Assembly (NCBI GenBank): GCA_963840455.1 | Contig: CAWIYV010000004.1 | Coordinates: 128,001 to 192,000 of the forward strand | DNA from: Nitrospirota bacterium | Lineage (GTDB): Bacteria; Nitrospirota; UBA9217 | Length of the DNA stretch: 64,000 nucleotides | Direction: 5' to 3' | Shown: one piece after another, positions 58,940 through 64,000 of the stretch | How positions within the stretch are numbered: position 1 is the first letter of the stretch | Layout: the number at the start of each line of letters is the position of its first letter | Made by a program: the position numbers and the translations under genes | Notes under the pieces: model-generated | Told to the model about the DNA's origin: nothing | Databases searched by the model: none | Seen by the model: only the letters and a program-made list of their open reading frames with translations

Positions 58940-61813
58940 ATGAAATCTGAAGGACAACCAAGAGATCGCCGTGCTCTGCCGGAGAACTATAAAAAGTTCC
59001 ATAAGGAAGTGGCCGGTTTTATTCCCGGTTCAAGGCTTTTTTGCGACCCGTTAAGGACCCTTGCATACGGCACGGACGCTAGTTTCTACCGGCTCATCCC
59101 GAAGATAGTGCTTAAGGTGAGGTCTCCTGAAGAGGTCTCAAGAATACTACAGATTGCCACACGCTGCAAGGTTCCTGTTACATTCAGGGCGGCTGGCACC
59201 AGTCTCTCCGGCCAGGCAGTGACCGACTCTGTGCTGATCGTACTGGCAGGTTCATGGAAGAACTATTCCATTCACGACAATGGTGAACGGATAATCCTCG
59301 AGCCCGGCGTAATAGGTGCCGAAGCCAATCGTTACCTCAGCCCCTATGGCAGAAAGATAGGCCCGGATCCTGCTTCAATAAACAGCTGCATGGTTGGCGG
59401 TATTGCAGCGAATAACGCAAGCGGCATGTGCTGCGGTACTGCGCAGAACAGCTATCAAACCGTTGAGAGCATGAGGATCATCTTCTGTGATGGTACGAGG
59501 CTTGATACCGGAGTTCCTCAATCGAGACGTTCTTTTGCAGAATCCCATAGGAAGTTGATCAAAGAGATCGAGGATATAAGGAATGAAATCCACAATGACC
59601 ATGCGCTCAGGGAACGAATCCGCCACAAATACCGCATAAAGAACACCACCGGATACAGCATCAATGCCTTCATCGATTATTTCGATCCCTTTGATATTAT
59701 CCTCCATCTCATGATCGGATCGGAAGGCACGCTCGGATTCAACGCGGAGATCACGTATAAGACAGTGGTGGAGCACACCCATAAAGCGAGCGCGCTCATT
59801 GTTTTCCCGAACATAGAAAATGCCTGCCGGGCAGCTATTATCCTTAAAAGAGGGCCCTCTTCTGCAGTGGAGTTGATGGATAGAGCATCTCTCCGGTCCG
59901 TGGAAAGCAGGGAAGGGATGCCTCTGTATTTGAAGCACCTGGGCGAAGAGGCTGCAGCACTCCTTTTAGAGACGAGGGCGGACGACGAGATTTCACTCAA
60001 GAGACAGGGGGAAGAGATAACGGCCTCTCTCCGGCCTGTACCGACGGTCTTCCCGGTATTGTTTACCGATAGGAAAGATGAATCCGAAATACTTTGGGAC
60101 GTGAGAAGAGGACTCTTCCCCGCTGTGGGAGGCGCGCGGAAGATTGGCACGACCGTGATCATAGAAGATGTCGCCTTCCCGATTGAAAGGCTTGCCAGTG
60201 CTACGCTTGAACTGGAGCGGTTGCTGAAACAGCATGGCTACTACGAGGCGATCATCTTCGGCCATGCCCTTGATGGGAACCTCCACTTTGTCTTCACACA
60301 GGATTTCAGCAATCCCGAAGAGGTGAAAAGATACCAGCGTCTTATGGACGATGTCTGTAGCATTGTGGTTCATAAATACGACGGTTCTTTAAAAGGTGAA
60401 CACGGGACAGGCAGGAACATGGCCCCCTTTGTTGAACTTGAGTGGGGGGAAAAAGCCTACAATGTCATGAAGAGGATTAAGAGGGCCTTCGACCCCTGCA
60501 ACCTTCTGAACCCCGGAGTCCTGATAAATGATAAACCTGCCGTGCATCTCGACAATCTGAAGCCGCTCCCGAAAACCCATGAGATTGTCGACAAATGTAT
60601 TGAATGCGGTTTTTGCGAGGTGAAATGCCCCTCACGGAATCTCACAACGACACCGAGGCAGCGCATCGTAATACAGAGGGAAGTTTCACGATTACGTGCA
60701 ATCGGGGAGACCCCTGATCTCCTGAAGCGCCTCGAAAGAGACTATGCATATCTCGGCGAGCAGACCTGTGCGGCAGATGGCCTCTGCGCAACGGCCTGTC
60801 CGGTTTCGATTAATACCGGAGATCTCGCGAAATATCTGCGCTCTCTGCGGAACAGCAGAAGGAAGGTTCGTGCTGCTCAATGGGTTGTCGATCATTATTC
60901 CGCTGTTACATCAGGCGTCCGATCAGGCCTTCAAGCAGCTGACGCCGTCCACTCGCTGTTTGGCACATCACTGATGAGCAGCCTCACAAAAGGGGCAAGG
61001 GCCTTGTCAGGGAATACAATCCCCCTCTGGAATCCCCATATGCCAAAGGGGGTCCCACCGTCGATATTCCGGGACATCAGAAAAGGTTCCGACCGCAAGG
61101 CCGTCTATTTCCCAAGCTGTGTCGTGAGGACTATGGGCCCCTCCAGGAAGGATACAGACCAGAGAACGGTATTCGATGCTGTGCTTTCTGTTCTGGATAA
61201 GGCAGGTTACGATGTCTTGTTCCCTGACGGAATGGAAAACCTGTGCTGTGGCATGCCGTTCGAAAGCAAAGGCTTCTTCGAACAGGCTGATCAGATGTCG
61301 CGTGAGCTCGAAAAGGCGCTCCTTGACCGCAGTAATCAAGGAGAATACCCCGTGCTCTGCGATACGAGCCCATGTCTGTACCGTATGAGAAGAGCCTTTA
61401 GGAGTAATTTCAAACTCTATGAGCCTGTAGAGTTTATCCACACGTTCCTCATGGACCGCTTGGACTTCAGGAAGGTCCCTGAGACTGTGGCGGTGCACAT
61501 TACGTGCAGTTCGGCAAAGATGGGACTAGCTGACAAATTCAGGGCTTTGGCGGCAGCCTGTGCCGAAAAGGTCGTGATACCAGAGAATGTTGGCTGCTGC
61601 GGTTTCGCAGGTGACAGGGGCTTCAGCTATCCTGAACTGAACCGATCGGCCCTCGAGGAATTGCGGGCATCACTGCCCCGTGATTGCCGGTCCGGATACT
61701 CGAACAGTCGCACCTGCGAGATTGGCCTTTCCCTTCACGGCGGGATCGGATACCAATCCATAGCCTATTTGGTCGACCGGTGTACGGCAAAAAAACAGAA
61801 AAGGGAGACGTGA
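58940..61813 (+). CDS. FAD- and Fe-S-containing D-lactate dehydrogenase (Dld-II type)
   Basis: TDASFYRL, RAAGTSLSGQ, EHGTG, CIECGFC, CCG domains. Confidence 0.88.
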   Translation: MKSEGQPRDRRALPENYKKFHKEVAGFIPGSRLFCDPLRTLAYGTDASFYRLIPKIVLKVRSPEEVSRILQIATRCKVPVTFRAAGTSLSGQAVTDSVLIVLAGSWKNYSIHDNGERIILEPGVIGAEANRYLSPYGRKIGPDPASINSCMVGGIAANNASGMCCGTAQNSYQTVESMRIIFCDGTRLDTGVPQSRRSFAESHRKLIKEIEDIRNEIHNDHALRERIRHKYRIKNTTGYSINAFIDYFDPFDIILHLMIGSEGTLGFNAEITYKTVVEHTHKASALIVFPNIENACRAAIILKRGPSSAVELMDRASLRSVESREGMPLYLKHLGEEAAALLLETRADDEISLKRQGEEITASLRPVPTVFPVLFTDRKDESEILWDVRRGLFPAVGGARKIGTTVIIEDVAFPIERLASATLELERLLKQHGYYEAIIFGHALDGNLHFVFTQDFSNPEEVKRYQRLMDDVCSIVVHKYDGSLKGEHGTGRNMAPFVELEWGEKAYNVMKRIKRAFDPCNLLNPGVLINDKPAVHLDNLKPLPKTHEIVDKCIECGFCEVKCPSRNLTTTPRQRIVIQREVSRLRAIGETPDLLKRLERDYAYLGEQTCAADGLCATACPVSINTGDLAKYLRSLRNSRRKVRAAQWVVDHYSAVTSGVRSGLQAADAVHSLFGTSLMSSLTKGARALSGNTIPLWNPHMPKGVPPSIFRDIRKGSDRKAVYFPSCVVRTMGPSRKDTDQRTVFDAVLSVLDKAGYDVLFPDGMENLCCGMPFESKGFFEQADQMSRELEKALLDRSNQGEYPVLCDTSPCLYRMRRAFRSNFKLYEPVEFIHTFLMDRLDFRKVPETVAVHITCSSAKMGLADKFRALAAACAEKVVIPENVGCCGFAGDRGFSYPELNRSALEELRASLPRDCRSGYSNSRTCEIGLSLHGGIGYQSIAYLVDRCTAKKQKRET

Positions 61814-62068
61814 TCTCCGTTGGATCGATTTTTCAAAAGGATTAAGGGCGACCTGCCGCCGCTTATTGTGCCGGGTTGAGAATTGGACTTTATGGGTTTG
61901 AGGGTTCCTGTTGTGGAGCGGTGACGTGCAAGTTTCAACCTGTATTCGGCGCTTTCTATATATCAAGTGATATTGCAGTCTTGTGGATACTATGAATAGG
62001 CAATGAACCCATGAATGGTGCTACCGGCAGAGCCAATTCTCTGATTATCTAGACAACCGCATATCACT

Positions 62069-62635
62069 TCAAGCAGTCCTCAATATCGCCTCGTACAATC
62101 CCCACACCCCGAACAGGATGAACAGGATCGCTGCAAACCACTTTACCTGCTTCTCCGGAAGCTTTTTATGCAGGACAATGCCGACGATGATGCCGATGGC
62201 GTCTGCGATCAGCATCCCCGCAGTGGTCCCCGCCCAGACCGGGATAATCGTGTTGAAGTCCGCGGCAAGGGCGACCGTGGCGAGCTGGGTCTTATCGCCC
62301 ATCTCAGCAATGAAGAAGGCTATGGCAACGGTCCAGAAGGGGCTGAAGTTGAACCGCTTGTCCTCGTCCCCCAGCTTATCGCCCCGGATGGTCCAGAGAC
62401 CGAAAAGGATGAACGAGACAGCAGCAGCGACCTTGATCCAGGACATCGGAATAATATGCGTGAGGTAGTTCCCTGCGAGAACTGCAAGGAAGTGGTTCGC
62501 GGCAGTCGCGACGAAGACGCCCCACATCACGGTCTGCCACCGGAAGCGAGAGGCAAAGGCCATTGCCAGGAGCTGGGTCTTGTCGCCCATCTCGGCAAGG
62601 ACGACAAAAGCTAGGGAGGTGAGGAACGCGGTCAA
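62069..62635 (-). CDS. TMEM165/GDT1 (UPF0016) Mn/Ca transporter
   Basis: Two AEMGDKTQL motifs. Confidence 0.93.
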   Translation of the reverse strand: MTAFLTSLAFVVLAEMGDKTQLLAMAFASRFRWQTVMWGVFVATAANHFLAVLAGNYLTHIIPMSWIKVAAAVSFILFGLWTIRGDKLGDEDKRFNFSPFWTVAIAFFIAEMGDKTQLATVALAADFNTIIPVWAGTTAGMLIADAIGIIVGIVLHKKLPEKQVKWFAAILFILFGVWGLYEAILRTA

Positions 62636-62930
62636 TTCAATATCTTCCTAGTGTGATTGTTTTCCATCTACACGCCTGACGTTTATCAATGAAGGTATCA
62701 TTACTATACATCATCCTTACCGTTATCCCCGAATGCATCTAATGGGGATCCAGAAATTACCTCACGGGACCTGGATTCCCTATCCATAACCCCACGGTTA
62801 TCCTTCCCTTAAACGAAGGGGATGGGTAGTGAGAAGTTAATCACCGCGGGAATGATGATGAATGTGGCCGGTGTAAAGAAATCAGCCCTGATTCTTCTCA
62901 GTGATCTCTGTGTCTCCTTGGTGAAATAGC

Positions 62931-63638
62931 CTACTTCAGAACGTCCTGCTGTTTCTTGACCAGCGCCTTGATGCCCTTCTCGCCCAGGGCCAGCAGTTTC
63001 CCAAGCTCCGCCTTGGAGAACGGCTCACCCTCTGCCGTGCCCTGCACTTCTACGATCTTTCCCTTCCCGGTCATCACCAGGTTCATGTCCACCTCGGCCC
63101 CCGAGTCCTCGATGTAACAAAGGTCAAGCATGGGCTTGCCGTCGACGATCCCCACGCTTACCGCGGCAAGATAATCCAGAACAGGAACATGCTCGATCAA
63201 CCCCTGCTTCTTCACATGCCGCAGGGCATCGACGAGCGCGATATAGGCGCCTGTGATGGATGCCGTGCGCGTGCCGCCGTCCGCCTGCACTACATCGCAG
63301 TCGATCAGCACCGACCGCTCGCCCAGTGCCTTCATGTCCACCACGGACCGGAGCGCCCTGCCGATGAGCCGCTGGATCTCGTGCGTCCTGCCGCCGACCT
63401 TGGACCGCTCCCGCTGGATGCGCTGGCCCGACGAACGCGGCAGCATGGCGTATTCCGCCGTCACCCAGCCCGTGCCTTTGCCGCGCAGGAACGGCGGGAC
63501 CGAATTCTCCACCGTCGCTGTGCAGATGACCCAGGTGTCGCCCATCTGGATCAGGACGGAGCCTTCCGCCGACTTGATGTAGTTCCTGATGATCTTGATC
63601 TTGCGGAGTTCGTCCGCCTTCCTGCCGTCAGTACGCAT
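62931..63638 (-). CDS. rph: Ribonuclease PH
   Basis: [28 protein letters not shown]. Confidence 0.96.
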   Translation of the reverse strand: MRTDGRKADELRKIKIIRNYIKSAEGSVLIQMGDTWVICTATVENSVPPFLRGKGTGWVTAEYAMLPRSSGQRIQRERSKVGGRTHEIQRLIGRALRSVVDMKALGERSVLIDCDVVQADGGTRTASITGAYIALVDALRHVKKQGLIEHVPVLDYLAAVSVGIVDGKPMLDLCYIEDSGAEVDMNLVMTGKGKIVEVQGTAEGEPFSKAELGKLLALGEKGIKALVKKQQDVLK

Positions 63639-63654
63639 GAAACCTCCATTGGGA

Positions 63655-64000
63655 ACTACGGATGAACAGCCTTGTTACCCACAGATGAACACAGATAGAA
63701 TCAAAGTCGATAGTAACCACGGATGAACACGGATAAGACCAAAACCAATGCGATCAAGTTTACCGCAGAGATCGCGGAGATTACAGGGGAAAATCAATGA
63801 CCATTCTTTTAATAACTGCTTCAGCAACCACAGATGGACACAGATAGAAACGAAGATCGATATAAACCACGGATGTAGACCTAGGCAAGAGACACGATTT
63901 CACGCTGTAACTTCCCAAACAGAGGAGCTTCCTGTCTTTAATCTGTGTTCATCCATGGTTCCAGAAGTCTTCATTGTCTTTGTTTCCACCGTGTTCATCC
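63655..64000. repeat. Cluster of CACAGAT/CACGGAT-type repeats with inverted partners
   Basis: CCACAGATGAACACAGAT, CCACGGATGAACACGGAT, CCACAGATGGACACAGAT, then ATCTGTGTTCATCC and CCGTGTTCATCC. Confidence 0.8.

Noticed and set aside
62640-62930. yybP-ykoY riboswitch upstream of the UPF0016 gene
   Set aside because: Expected from context, but no GGGGAGUAGC...GAGAC consensus is visible

Overview
GC-rich chromosomal segment whose gene content (multiheme cytochromes c, sigma-54 two-component systems, lptFG, smc, rph) points to an anaerobic Nitrospirota/Desulfobacterota-like bacterium; the taxonomy is inference. From left to right: a VOC gene, a PIN toxin-antitoxin pair and a flavodoxin-ferredoxin gene; a divergent module with two sigma-54 two-component systems, a TauE/USP operon and a Lon protease carrying an internal receiver domain; an integrase-less attC cassette cluster; an Lhr-like helicase; an IS30-interrupted cassette gene; a cytochrome c/b operon; livM-GxxExxY-livG-livF-truA; a low-GC island with two secreted proteins; and a mostly housekeeping block (transglutaminase/ABC/SulP, smc, transglycosylase, TlpA, lptFG, coaE, Fe-S D-lactate dehydrogenase, rph). 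The strongest novelty candidates are: (1) a GxxExxY nuclease gene enclosed by ~35-bp inverted repeats built from 8-9-nt units, with empty copies and related polar hairpins in many spacers; (2) the receiver-domain Lon protease and its FAEEG-motif neighbours; (3) an unannotated 51-aa candidate selenoprotein (in-frame TGA plus SECIS-like hairpin) next to TlpA; (4) three diverged copies of a ~170-nt rod-like structured element. All seven frameshifts I found are single-base insertions, so several apparent pseudogenes may be sequencing errors. Everything was read by eye and no database search was run.
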